DNA of 64,000 bases. It comes from Octopus sinensis. Its lineage: Eukaryota. Within the stretch, counting starts at the first letter, position 1, and each line of letters begins with the position of its first letter. The notes beneath the pieces were generated by a model. That model ran no database searches. It was not told the origin of the DNA and was given only the letters and a program-made list of their open reading frames with translations. Location of the stretch: positions 57,350,001-57,414,000 of the forward strand of contig NC_042998.1 of the NCBI RefSeq assembly GCF_006345805.1, written 5' to 3'. Both the position numbers and the translations under genes were made by a program. Below, piece by piece: positions 27,391 through 40,306 of the stretch.

Positions 27391-30300
27391 ATTTTCACAT
27401 TCTCGTTTAAACTCGGTTGTATAAATATTCGCGGCCTGGGGTCGTATTGGAAGCAAGGCTACCTCCTTAACGACCTTAGGTCGCATCGTTTGGATGTAGT
27501 GGTAATTACCGAATCCAGACTGAGTGGGCTGCAGGCTTTTTCGCCCCTTCTAAACGGCTACGAGAAATACATTTCTCCCTGTCGACCTGGAGGGGGAGGA
27601 GGAGTGGCAGTGCTGGTCAGGAAAAACCTGGATTTAGAGATTAGAACTGTCTTTATAGATCCGGAAGGCAGGTTGGTCGTTTTGGATGTGACGCACAGCA
27701 GTGGTAAAGTGTTCAGGCTGGTCGCTGTCTATGCTCCCTGCGAAGGAAAAGCCGGGCAGAAAGAGTATTTCAAAAGCCTAGAGAATTTTCTTGGCACGTC
27801 GAACACGTTAGTATTGCTAGGTGACTTCAACATAATTTGCGATGCAAGCGTAGATTATGTTGGCTCAAGAAAAAATACGAGGGGATTACCTCACCTCAAC
27901 GATATGCTAAGTCGTTTCGAATTGGCAGATAGATTCAGACTGGACCATCCAGACATTCCAGAGTGGACCTGGGCAAGAAACGACGGGTCGTCCAGATCTT
28001 ATATCGATAGAATCATAACTAGAAGGAAAGATAAGAAAATACTTAGCTGTCCACAACACCATATCGTCAGCTACAGCGATCACAAATTAGTGACCTGTAC
28101 GCTCGACATAGATAGCATGTGTAGACGAGGTACCGGCTACTGGAAGCTAAACAAGTCACTATTGGACTGTGAAGCCTACAGGAATCGGATTAAACAATTA
28201 GTAATGAGGGCGTTAACCGGATCCATTATCAACAATAAATGGTGGTACGCCCTGAAAAGAGCCATCAAATTTGAGTCAATTAGGTTTAGCAAAGAACTAG
28301 CTAGTGCTAGAAACAAAGTAGAAAAGGAACTAGTTAAGGCTATAGAGGAGGCAATGAGGTCAGGCTGTGCATCGAAAGTGTTAGCGGCGAGGTTAGCACT
28401 AGACCAACATCTCAAGCTAAACATGAAGGGTGCATTATTAGGGCTAAGATCCGTGCAATGAGACAGGAAGGGATCAACGCAGCCGGATGGGCCCGGGTGG
28501 TAGAGGGCCAGCGTGGCAACAACTCAACCATTCGATCCTTGACGGGCCCAAATGGTCGATTAGTAAACGAACCGAGGAGATGTGCAAGGTGTTTCATGAT
28601 CATTTCGCCCAGCTATTCGGGAGGAGCGGCGAGCTGGAGCGCGGGGAGAAGCTCGCAGACTTCCTAGCCGGTTCGCCGCGTCTATCGGGGCCGGACGCGG
28701 AATCTTGTGAGGCGCCGATCACAGCCAAAGAAGTCGAGGATATGTTGGCAGAATGCGGCGGGGACAAATCGCCGGGACTCGATGGTCTGCCTTACGAACT
28801 CTATAGTAGCATGCCAGACTTGTTTGGGCACCTACTTGCATGCGTGTACACCAACTGGCAGCAGAACGGGAGAATTCCTAAGTCTGTGAGCCGAGGGGTG
28901 GTAGCGTTGTTAAGAAAGGACCCAAACAAGGGGGATTTAATTGATAATTTCCGGCCTATCACTCTGCTTAACGCAGAGTTGAAGATCTTGGCCAAGGTCT
29001 TAGCAAAAAGGTTGGCAAGGGTCGTGGGTGAACTTGTTGGCGAGGCGCAAACTTGCGCCATCCCTGGAAGGACCATCCACGACAATCTCCACTTTCTACG
29101 CTATGCCTTAGAAAGGGTAAATAGGATTCCTGGCAAGGGTGGGGCTATGGTCCACTTGGACCAATCGAAAGCGTTTGATAGGGTGGACCATCAGTATCTG
29201 GCGGCGGTCCTCGCGGCGGCTGGCTTCGGCCCGACCTTCCGCGGATGGATCATCGCTTTATACAGCAACATCGAATCGGTAGTTCGGGTAAATGGTTTCC
29301 TTTCGGAACCGTTCAGCATTGAACGTTCGGTACGTCAAGGGTGTCCTCTCTCCCCGCTTCTCTACGTTTTGGCCCTCGAGCCGTTGCTGAGGAGGTTGGA
29401 AACTATGAGAGGCACCCCGCAAGATCTAGGGTGCGGAAAGTCAGCTTCGGCGTATGCGGACGACATCACCGTCATCGTTTCCCGAGTCGAGCACCTACAG
29501 TGGGTGGGTGAGGCCTTAAGGGACTACGAAGCGGTGGCAGGAGCGAAAGTCAACCGGGATAAATCGGTCGGCTTGCAACTCGGCACCTGGAGGGGCAGTC
29601 GATGTCTTCCGACAGCGTCGTAGGACGTTGGACGGAAGGACCGGTGAAAATGCTTGGGATCTGGTTAGGTCCAGATCTCCAGATAGAGAAAAATTGGAGC
29701 GAGGTGGCGAGAAAGGTGGCTCTCCTAACTCAGACATGGTCTGAACGGAATCTGTCCTTGAAAGGGAAGGCGGAGGTTGCAGAAGTGTTTATCGCCTCTG
29801 TAATCACTTACCGCCTAACCGTAGTGCCTTGCCCCGATTCGTGGCTGAACAAACTGGAACGCATGCTCTTTCGCTTTTTGTGGAGGGGCAGCAGACCTCT
29901 TGTAAGGCGCTCTATTTGCTGCCAAAAGCCGCTGAACGGTGGGTTAGGGATGCCGTGGCTAAAAATGCGCAGACATGCGCTCAGGCTTAGGCACCTCTGG
30001 ATTTACCTGGACGGTGAGCAGGTGTGGTCTCCGTTTGTCAAGCTGTTATTTCCACAGTTCACATCGTTTAACGAACTGAACCCATGGATCAAGTGTAGAC
30101 CGAGGTTGGGCATGTGGCATGCAGAGTGCTATCAGGCACTCGTGCTTCTCTCCCAGTCGGGCAACGCCGGTGGCGGGGCTACTACCGCGTTCTTCTATAG
30201 AGGGTTAGTAGAGTTTAAGTGTGACGACGTCCTAGGAGAAACTCTGGGCTTCGACGAAAATCAACTGGCCAGCCTGTTCCAAAGAACATTCGGTCCGGGG

Positions 30301-30804
30301 CCTATGGATAATTACCAAAAGTCCCTGGCCTGGCAATGTTACAGAGGAGCTTTACCGGTTCGAGATAAGCTCTTTAGACATGGGTGTGCACCTTCGCCGT
30401 TTGTGCAAGATGTAAGAGGGACAGTGAAACTGTCCTGCACGCGATTGTGCAATGCCCCAAGGTGACTGAACTCTGGACTTATGAACGAACACCTGTTGTC
30501 GCATTCGAGAAGAGTACAACTGTCGAGCGAATCTGTAATTAAGATAGTTCCGCCGACCTTCCTGAATAGGGAGGAGCGAGCCTGTTTTCTTTCGGTAGTT
30601 GCTATGGCGAAAGAAGTAGTGTGGAAGACGAGAGTAAAAGGAATTGCAACAGGCATGTTTATCTCCAGTCTCGAGCTAATCGACTTTTTCGTTTTCCACA
30701 TGAAACGGAAAATAAGGCTGGAGAAGAAATGCCTGTCGCAAAGTGTGTTTCGTAAAAGATGGAAGTCTATAGCAAGTATGTTGCGAGTGAAAGAACCTAT
30801 TTAA
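27391..30804 (+). CDS. ORF2 of copy 2: APE endonuclease + RT + C-terminal zinc finger (~1140 aa once a few 1-nt shifts are corrected)
   Basis: APE motifs NIRG, ITESR, VYAP, GDFN, YIDRI, SDH; RT motifs KSPGLDG, LDQSKAFDRV, VRQGCPLSPLLY, AYADD; stop at 30804. Confidence 0.85.
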
Positions 30805-31042
30805 TCGAGAATGTAAAAAAGGATAAAGCAAAGTCTTCAGTGTGAGTATGTGGTTTGTGGGGTCGACCGCGTCCTCCGCTTCATTTTTTGTTAATCACTC
30901 ATTCTCATTTAATTGTATATATATTAATTGTTTGTTTATTCATGTTTCGTCTCATTCGATACGCTGACCCCAACGTTTGTTTTGTCCCCTCTTTTTCTCA
31001 ACCTTATCGTGAATAAAGAAATATTCTCTCTCTCTCTCAGTC

Positions 31043-31084
<42 letters not shown>

Positions 31085-31469
31085 TTGTAAGCCACAGCAT
31101 TTCTTGGTTTTCAAAGAAATCTGTCTTACATATCTGGTTGTACCAGTGTTTATACGTGAAAATGAATATCTATAGTGTGAATATGACCTCTCAGTATTTC
31201 TTCATTGTCCTAGATGTTCCCCTTTTTTCCCCTCTCTTGACGATCTATGCACATTCGCTGGACGGTTGATTCCTGCAGCAGTTCCCTGTAGTGCGACAAT
31301 CTCTTTTCAGCAGTATGCATTATGTCTCCATGGAAACGTGTGTGGGTATACATATGGGAGTGAGCTGTAATTCTTTATGTGTATGTATATGTATATGTTT
31401 GTATATATTGTGTATGTATATATTTTGTATGTATGAATATAGATGATACAATGATTAGATGGCTACAAA

Positions 31470-31662
31470 CTTTGGCAATACTGACGAGGCTGAAGTCGAT
31501 TCCATTGCCCCTAATGCTTAACTGGTCCTTTATTTAATCGACCTGAAAAGGATGAATGGCAAAGTCAGCTTCGACACGATTTGAGGTCAGAGCATGAACA
31601 GCCGGAAGAAATGCTCTAACCTGTTTGTCGGGTACGGTAAAAATGCTGCTACCTCGCTGTCT
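31470..31662 (-). mobile_element. Diverged SINE family A copy
   Basis: AAAGGATGAATGGCAAAGTC..ATTTGAGGTCAGA similarity to family A. Confidence 0.65.
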
Positions 31663-31780
31663 TAAATGATACAATAATTAAATAACAAGAAAAACAAAAC
31701 ATTAATTATACTGGATTTCAAAATTGAAGATAATAACCATCAAACGAAAAGTGTATTGCTAAGGAATATATCGACATATC

Positions 31781-32033
31781 ACAGTGATCACCGTGACCGA
31801 CCAGGCTATCAGATGTTGCTACACATCGCTGGTCACAATGCACTTCGCATTGTTTTAGCCTTCATATGATGCCACCCCACTGGCTAAGCAAGCAGGCCAA
31901 CAGAAGAAAGAGTGAAAGAAAGCTTTAGGTGTTTTCGCTCAATAATAAAACTCATAATGCCTGGTCTGGGAATCGAAACCGCGATCCTACGACTGCGATC
32001 CGCTGCCCTAACCACTGGGCCATTGCACCTCCA
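31781..32033 (-). mobile_element. tRNA-derived SINE (family C)
   Basis: Minus-strand head GTGGAGGTGCAATGGCCCAGTGGTTAGGGC..GGTTTCGATTCCC with A and B boxes, followed by a non-tRNA body. Confidence 0.75.
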
Positions 32034-32846
32034 CATATCGACACTTACTTGCCAAAAACATATGTCTGCAGTATAACTGGATATGCACACTCATGCCTAT
32101 AAATATTTCTCTATATCTTTCAGTATAAATACACGTATCACTATATTTATAAGTAGGTTTTTCTGCGTTCCTTTGTGTCTGTATGTGTCAATATATATTT
32201 GTATGTATATGTGCGTGCATAAATAATGTCGACATATATTTATACGAAAGGTCCAGCACATGTGTCTATATATTCCTTGGATTAATGTTAGCATTTGATG
32301 CTAATTATTCCATTTATCTTTGAAGTTTTATACCTCTTTACCTTAACTAGTACATGAACTCCTCTCAACTGGATTCAAATTCTTTTTACACAACCATGAA
32401 AATACTTCATCTTTGTCAATGACAGTCTGTGATGCATTAGATATCTGAGATATTAGATGGCTGCAAAATAAACTTTAACATTAGTCTTTGATCAGCTTAC
32501 AGGTCTTCGATTTCTTGTTAGTGTAAATATTGTGTAGCATGTCACATTATTAAATAATTCTCTTCTAAGAACGTGATATTGGGATGACTTCATACAACTC
32601 ACTGTGTAATAATTATTACTGAACGTACGCAAGGAATGAACAATGTAATTGAATTTGTTTACTTTATGATATCATATTTCTACTCTATGGTCTTTACAGC
32701 GTATAAACTGCAGTGTATGAATGAATATACACAAGTATGAATGCATTCTTGTGAATGTATATTTGTTGTGTACCGATATATATATATAGTAGTTAATAAA
32801 TGGTAATGCCATGTTCTGTGTGAATGTATATTTGTTGTGTACCGAT

Positions 32847-32880
<34 letters not shown>

Positions 32881-33189
32881 ATATATTATATATATATATA
32901 TATAGTAGTTAATAAATGGTAATGCCATGTTCTGTAGAGACATATTAAATTATATGCAAGAGAATGTATGAGTGCATGTATATTCGTATGTACACACACA
33001 CGCACACACACACACATACACACACATACACACACATAAACATACACACATATATGTATATGAACATATGCATATACTTTTACCCACCTTACTCTATGGA
33101 TCCTTACAAACACCTTTATTGTCCTCTCGGAATTGTTTAGTGACACAAAAAAGAGATGCCATACAGAAACTACAGAAATATTAAGTTAG

Positions 33190-34270
33190 CAGCAGCTATC
33201 ATTGAAGTCCACGCAGGTTGAAAGTTGAGTGCTGATAGATAATTACGGGTGGAGAGAGAGATTGTTGAAGCAGAAGGCTAGTGGCGTTTAAGAGTGTGCT
33301 GCTTACCTACTTCCCAGATTGATAAACAACAAAAGAAAGGAATAACATCTCCAAAACGTTCATGTAGGTGTAGAGGAAGTACGAGATTGCAAGGTAGTAG
33401 GACTAAGCCAAAACGAAATACAGAAATCTGGGCAAGTTGAGTTAATGTACAGATCTCTCTGGCATCGAACGCTTCAAACTCTTGATTCAGGCTGTCAGAT
33501 ATCTTAACATGTCCGGTAAACCTTCAAACATGGAACCTAACCGAAGTGCCGTCGTATACCTCGTATACAGGAAGAGGATCTCTTTACCAATACAGCAATT
33601 GTCCTAGACTCCTAGATTATCGTGACATTACCAGGTGCTTTAGGTAGTTGCAGTCGTGGTCACAAGCTATTCCATTTAGTGAACTCTACATGGAAAAGGG
33701 AGCCATAACTTTTCACAAAGCTGGAGAAAGCTACTTTTCACTGGAGCATGAAAAATGGTAACTACTTTCCACAGACCTTACCTTCCAGTTGAGTATGGAA
33801 ATTGTTAAACAATATTCTCAGAACAATTCATACCGATGGTATTCCACTTCAACACAGTCACAAGAAGCAGGGCATCATGTGGGGATTTACTCTGCACTGA
33901 GAATACATACAGGAAAACCATGAGAAATCATATTACATAACAACAGCTGGAACAAGAGTCTAGAAGCTACAGTATATTGCGAGTCATTTGAAGTAAGCTG
34001 CCAAGGTTTTGTGCGGCTATCACTCTGATAAAAGATGCCTAGACTGGCATTGAGTCACTGGCACGGCAGAGTTGGTTGACACACACCACAGAAGTAGCTA
34101 GTTGAGGGCTTTAAATAAAAAGGACTGACTCGTAGCATGGTGCCATTGGGTTGCAAGCAGGGGCTTAACACCGGTTGTCTCAAGACAACTGGAAGTTAGT
34201 TGTTGAAACCAACTAAGACCATATGAGTATCACAGATGTTGCAACCAAGAGCATCCAAAAGATATATCTT
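33190..34270 (+). mobile_element. Degenerate 3' part of a HERO-like (restriction-like endonuclease, RLE) non-LTR retrotransposon
   Basis: Manual translation across frameshifts gives GVEEVRDCKVVGLSQ (33361), RFKLLIQAV..DILTCPVNLQTWNLTEVP..GRGSL (33470-33590), ITFHKAGE, and YCESFEVSCQGF (~33975). These resemble HERO-clade C-terminal motifs (LIQAVYDVLPSPxNL; CEPIEVGCRGF). Confidence 0.7.
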
Positions 34271-34312
34271 GGAACCATTCTTGAAGCACACACACACACA
34301 CATGCACACACA

Positions 34313-34356
<44 letters not shown>

Positions 34357-35502
34357 ACACAAATACACGCACACACACACAAACACACGCAAGCACGCAC
34401 ACACACACATACAAACACACACGTTAGTGGAAGTAATTTACTTCTCGCGCATAAAAGGTTTCCTTCGCAGTACGTCTTCGAAATAATTTCTTTCCTTACC
34501 TAAAAGGATAATAGCTAACTTTCCTAGGTAGATTAATTCTGAAATTACTACAATGTATAAGGATTAGTAATCCAAAGAAACCTCCTATAGGCCATTTCTC
34601 ACTAACATATACGCACATATATAATTGTATATTTCAGTATATATCTCAGTATAAAAATTATTGCGTATACACTCACCCACAGACTCCCACACACATATCG
34701 ATGTAAGCAATTGAAACAGCAATAAATCAAAATAGATATCTATGTATCATATTTAACGCATGTACGCCACTGACATGTATGATACCGTTGTTTTTGTCTG
34801 AGTTTTTCATAGTAGGGGACGTGTTAATACAAAATATATGAACGTCAGATGCATCTCCGACTTCATGTGGTTTGCAAGTGACGCTATACCCGGCCGTCAA
34901 ATACTAAAAACTAAATCTACACACTCTGATTTATATATAGTTTTAATGCAACACATCTAAGACAAGATACATGTTAATGGTGTATACACGTTAATTATGT
35001 TACATAGATGTCTATTTCGACATATACGGTTATATTTTGGCGGGGTTATTTTAAGGTTGCATGCGGGAAGTGTATCTGAAGCTTGAATTGAAATGTAAAA
35101 GCATGAATTTGAACAGAAGTGATAAGTTGCGAAGAATCTGAAAAACTATTGGTTGGTACAGGTCTACATCTGTACACAGTTACAACTCAAAAGTGAAAGC
35201 ATACGTGCTCTACGTTCGGATCATATGACACTATCTTAAATTGATAGAACGATTAAATTCGGTCAGGAAGATTTTGATACGCCACGCACTCTAAAATAAC
35301 AACACACGACAATCAGGGAAATGTACTTTCGCTACATACAGTAAAGATGTGGTTGGGTATCCGCAGGCGATGCTGTCCACGTTTATTCATCTATCGGTAA
35401 TTTTGTCCGATATATTATGAGTTTTTAATTATCACATCATTTGCAAATGCACTGCTTCATAAAGACTTAAAATTTCTCAATACTTCAAACGTGCCAGTAC
35501 AC

Positions 35503-35563
35503 TACCTACCTACCTACCTACCTACCTACCTAACTACATGCCTACTTATCCATCTATCTATCC

Positions 35564-35653
<90 letters not shown>

Positions 35654-35716
35654 TTATTTATCCATCTCTCTCTGTCTCTATCTGTCTCTCTCTCTCTGTC
35701 TCTCTGTCTCTGTCTG

Positions 35717-35755
<39 letters not shown>

Positions 35756-35758
35756 CTA

Positions 35759-35807
<49 letters not shown>

Positions 35808-36717
35808 GTGTATTATCAAAAAAATTGCACCTGCAAACGCAATGGCAAAAATGCAAAAGGAATCTTCAGCCAAATATTTTGATATTTTCAGCCAAGATTC
35901 GAGAATCAAACTTAACGCGCACACACATAGGCGCGTGCGCATACATGCATACATACATACATACATGCATGCATACATACATACATACATACATACATAC
36001 ATACATACATACATACATACATACATGCATACATACATACATACATACATACATACATGCATACATACATACATGCATACATACATGCATACGTACATAC
36101 ATATATACACACACATACATACATACACACATACATACATACATGCATACATACATACATACACACACATACATACATACACATACATACATACACACAC
36201 ATACATACATACATGCATACATACATACATACGTACGTACGTACGTACATACATACGTACGTACGTACGTACATACATAATACCCACACATACATACATC
36301 ATACATACATACATACATACATACATACATACATACATACATACATACATACGTACGTACATACAAACATACATACATACATACATACATACATGCATAC
36401 ATATATGCATACGTACATACATATATACACACACATACATACATACACACATACATACATGCATACATACATACATACACACACATACATACATACACAT
36501 ACATACATACACACACATACATACATACATGCATACATACATACATACGTACGTACGTACGTACATACATACGTACGTACATACATAATACCCACACATA
36601 CATACATACATACATACATACATACATACATACATACATACGTACGTACATACATACATACATACATACATACATACATACATACATACATACATACATA
36701 CACATACATACATGCAT
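35503..36717. repeat. (CCTA)n/(TCTA)n/(TC)n tract followed by an ~780 bp (CATA)n array
   Basis: Direct inspection; unique spacer at ~35808-35940. Confidence 0.92.
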
Positions 36718-38600
36718 GCTGCTATAGAGACACTCACAAAGACATGGGTAACAATTCTTACCCTTACAACTGAGAACAGAATAATTGTTTCTGATAGTAT
36801 AGGCATTTCAAAGGGAATATTCCAGGGAAATAGTCTTTCTATACTTCTTTTCATTTTGGCACTGAATCCATTATCGTTCCTACTGCAGAAAAGAAATGGT
36901 TACATGCTAGGATCTTCAACTGCTAGAAATATCAATGTAACTCATAATTTCTTTGCAGACGTCCTGAAAATTTAACAATGTCAGTAAACAACTGGAATTA
37001 ATAGCATTTTCAACTGATATAGGCATGGAATTTGGCCAAAAGAAATGTTAATATTTAGTTATAGAGCGAGGAGGGACAGTCCTCTAAACCCAAAACCTGT
37101 GCATCTCTCTATCTTCCCCATTCGACACAAAGAATGTTACTAGCACTTAGGCATAGACGAAAATGTATCATATGAAGGCATTATGAATAAAGATAGAGTG
37201 ACCCGAGAATATTACACCAGTTTTATGGCAAACTTATATGGCAGTCGCAACTCTCTTACAACAAAATAATATCCCACAATGCATTTGCAGTACCAGCACT
37301 GATCCAAACATTTAGGATGTTTGATTAGTCTGTAAAGGAAACCCACTCAATAAATATAAAAATCCGCAAAATCCTGACAACAACTGGAAACCTCCACAGA
37401 AATAGTGACCTTGACAGACTCTACCTAAGAAGAAATGAAGGTGGTAGAGGCCTGAGATCAGCGCAGACGCCCTTCGAATAACGTATGGTGTCACTCAAGC
37501 AGCACCTGCTAAACAACAGCAGCAAAAGTAAATATAGAAATGCAGAGCTGAAAAGTGATGTGAGCAACATTGTACAAGTTGGCAATGAGCTCCTCTAGAA
37601 GCACTCTCTTCCTGATAATCTCCTATACAGCACTAAAACAGCTGGGCTCTCTTACCCCAGAGAAGATCTCGATGGAAAGCACACAGCAGACAGAAATAAA
37701 GACTATGCATGGGTACGTTGCCCGGAAGCTTGAAAAAGACAGTAGATTTGACAGGAAGCGCAGCCTTTCTTGGACACACGACCACTAAATCACATCACAC
37801 TTTGAGGCTATGCGTTTGCAATCCAGGAACGGGGGATTGTCACAAAGTACCTGGTGAACAAGAGAGATACTGATACTCTTGTAATTCCAAGGTGCAATCG
37901 AATGTGTACGCTATGTCATGTTTCTGTGGAAGACATCATACATGTGGTTAGCAGCTGTCCTAAAATGTCTTCACGGTACTACCTCCCTGCACGCCACGAT
38001 ATTGTTGCTAAAACAATTTACAATGCTGTCCGCAAAAAAGACTGTCCTGAAATAAACTTAGAAAATCCCTCTGTTACGGAATACATTCATAAACACCAAC
38101 TCAAGGAATACTGGTGGAATGTTCCTCTCAAAATGTCTGCCAAATGTAAACATAACAGACCGGATATTGTGTTTGGGTTACAGGGACAAAGGTATGTATC
38201 ATCATTGAAGTCAGCTGCCTACATATATAAGAATCTCTTTGAAAATCAAAGAAAAAGTGGATATCTATGGACAACCACTTCGAAACCCCCAGCTTCTATA
38301 TCCAGACTAGGAATTCATACTCATACCAATAATAATTGGAGCACTAGGATTTGTTAGTAAATGCTTAAAAGAGACTCTGGATAAGCTGGGATTTTCAGAG
38401 ACAGAAATCGACCAGCTAATTTGTATATTACAAGTGTAATCTGTGAGTGGAACAGTAAAAAAATATGCAAGACTTTTCTCACGTTCCAAATGTGAATTTG
38501 TCTGTGTTAACTGAATCCCAAAGATGGAGCTTTGTACTTGCGTTGGAAACCGGGTCCCTCCTCAGTGGAAGATTTATAATAATTAAAAAAAATAGAAGAA
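36718..38600 (+). mobile_element. 5'-truncated R4/Dong-like RLE non-LTR retrotransposon relic within (CATA)n
   Basis: RT GIFQGNSLSILLF..HNFFADVLK; RLYLRRNEGGRGL (~37417); CTLC..H..C knuckle; RHD; YWWN..HNRPDIV; IPIIIGALG. Stops and frameshifts present; (ATAC)n on both sides. Confidence 0.85.
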
Positions 38601-38627
38601 TCATACATTCATGCAAACGTACATACA

Positions 38628-38660
<33 letters not shown>

Positions 38661-38664
38661 GCAT

Positions 38665-38695
<31 letters not shown>

Positions 38696-38745
38696 CGTCA
38701 TTAAATCATAAATCCGCATGAGAAGCATTATATATATACATACAT

Positions 38746-38866
<121 letters not shown>

Positions 38867-38873
38867 CTAAAAT

Positions 38874-39058
38874 AACTGGCACTTCGTCGGTTACGACGAC
38901 GAAGGTTCTATTTGATCCGATCAACGGAACAGCTTGTTCGTGAAATTAACGTGCAATAAAGTGAAATTGACGTGAAATAAAGTGTCTTGCTCAAGGACAC
39001 ACACATCGCCTGGAACTGAACTCACGAGCCGAATACCCTAGCCACTAAGGCACGTGCC
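38874..39058 (-). mobile_element. Internally deleted tRNA-derived SINE
   Basis: Minus strand GGCACGTGCCTTAGTGG..GAGTTCAGTTCC..GTGTCCTTGAGCAAGACACTT. Confidence 0.65.
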
Positions 39059-40263
39059 TATATATATATGAGAAATTGAAATAGAGCGAGAAGAACGGTG
39101 AGATGGAGAGTAACTGAGATAATGTTTGTGCATAAATATATTCACAACTTCATCTCCAAGGCAACTTCTATATTTTCGTTTCAAAGTTTTGAAAAGATTG
39201 TTAAGTGGTTACATTCTCTGGGGCTTTAAAAACATGAGTCCAACATTTCTGAGATTCGCTTAATTGTTATTCAGAGCGATATTGTTTGATAATTTCCCTC
39301 TTCCATTTTCGAAACATCTGCATCTGCATAATACAGTATAATTCAGTCTAAATGATCTACACTTGCAGTCAATGACTGTCCTATGCAACCTGTTATAAAC
39401 ATTATTTTCTCTGCATTCAGCTTGCATGTCCTCATTTGTGTTTCTCTGCTTACACAGCAGAGTTGGAATTTTTCCAACTTTCCTGCATATCAGTTCAATT
39501 GTACTTTCTTTACGTAGAGTGTTCTAAGTTATTGATTTCTAACATAGATACAACATACCTTTTAAAAGGCAAGTTAAACGCTATTTGATTGTTATAACTA
39601 CAATTTTCTTTTAATATATAACACTGGTAAATACTTGTCTGTGTTTTTTTTTTTCAACAAGTGTTTGCACTTACGCAGATGTTTTCTTTTCTTCCATTTT
39701 GAATCTGTGATTTTTCAATTTGAGGTAATTTCCGAACTGTAAATTCCCTACTCGCTGGTAATATTTTGGCGAGCTTTGCCTTTCATCCTTTCGGAGTCGA
39801 TAAATTAAGTGCCACTTGCGTACTGGGGTCGATCTAATCAAATTGAACCCTCCCTCAAAATTTTGTGCCTTGTGCCTAGAGTAGAAAGGAATATTTTGAT
39901 ACTTTGTCTTCTTGTGTCCATTTTTGTTTATTCTTACCATCACACAATAAATTACAAAATTTTACACCTGAACTAAATTTAATTATATAATTTTATGATT
40001 TTCAAGAAAAATAATGACAAAATTGAAAGGTTGGTGGACCTCCAAATATTCTGTCAGCTTAAACAACACTATTGCAAATTTGACATTACATTTATTGTGT
40101 TCATGCAGTAGTCATATTGATAATTGAATTATATATGTCTCTCTGTCTATCTGTCTTCTATCTCTGAAATAGGACATTTACTTTTAAATTTCAAAAGTAC
40201 CTGTGCCTCTGTAAAAGGAATCGGCAAAGCGAAACATTGAAGTAACTGCTATATATGTATATG

Positions 40264-40302
<39 letters not shown>

Positions 40303-40306
<4 letters not shown>

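Larger units (their letters stand above)
25596..31024 (+). mobile_element. Full-length L1/Tx1-clade non-LTR retrotransposon, copy 2 (tandem, same orientation)
   Basis: Same 5' end GATCGGTCGTG at 25596 and same 3' end (AATAAA at 31012, GAAATAT, then (TC)n). Offset from copy 1 is 5466 bp. Confidence 0.93.

Noticed and set aside
20130-31024. Interpretation as an LTR element or a pure assembly duplication
   Set aside because: No LTRs, protease or integrase; the APE-RT order is LINE-type. Synonymous-rich substitutions, a 15-nt in-frame indel and differing left junctions argue against simple duplication, though a haplotype mis-join is not fully excluded.
31960-32033. tRNA-like sequence with A and B boxes (also the heads of families A and B)
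   Set aside because: No complete cloverleaf or acceptor stem, and it continues into a repeat body; SINE head rather than tRNA gene.
35491-36854. Long ORFs of 238-365 aa on both strands
   Set aside because: Translations of (TCTA)n/(CATA)n repeats (IYLS, HTYI, MYVC); stop-free only because of repeat composition.
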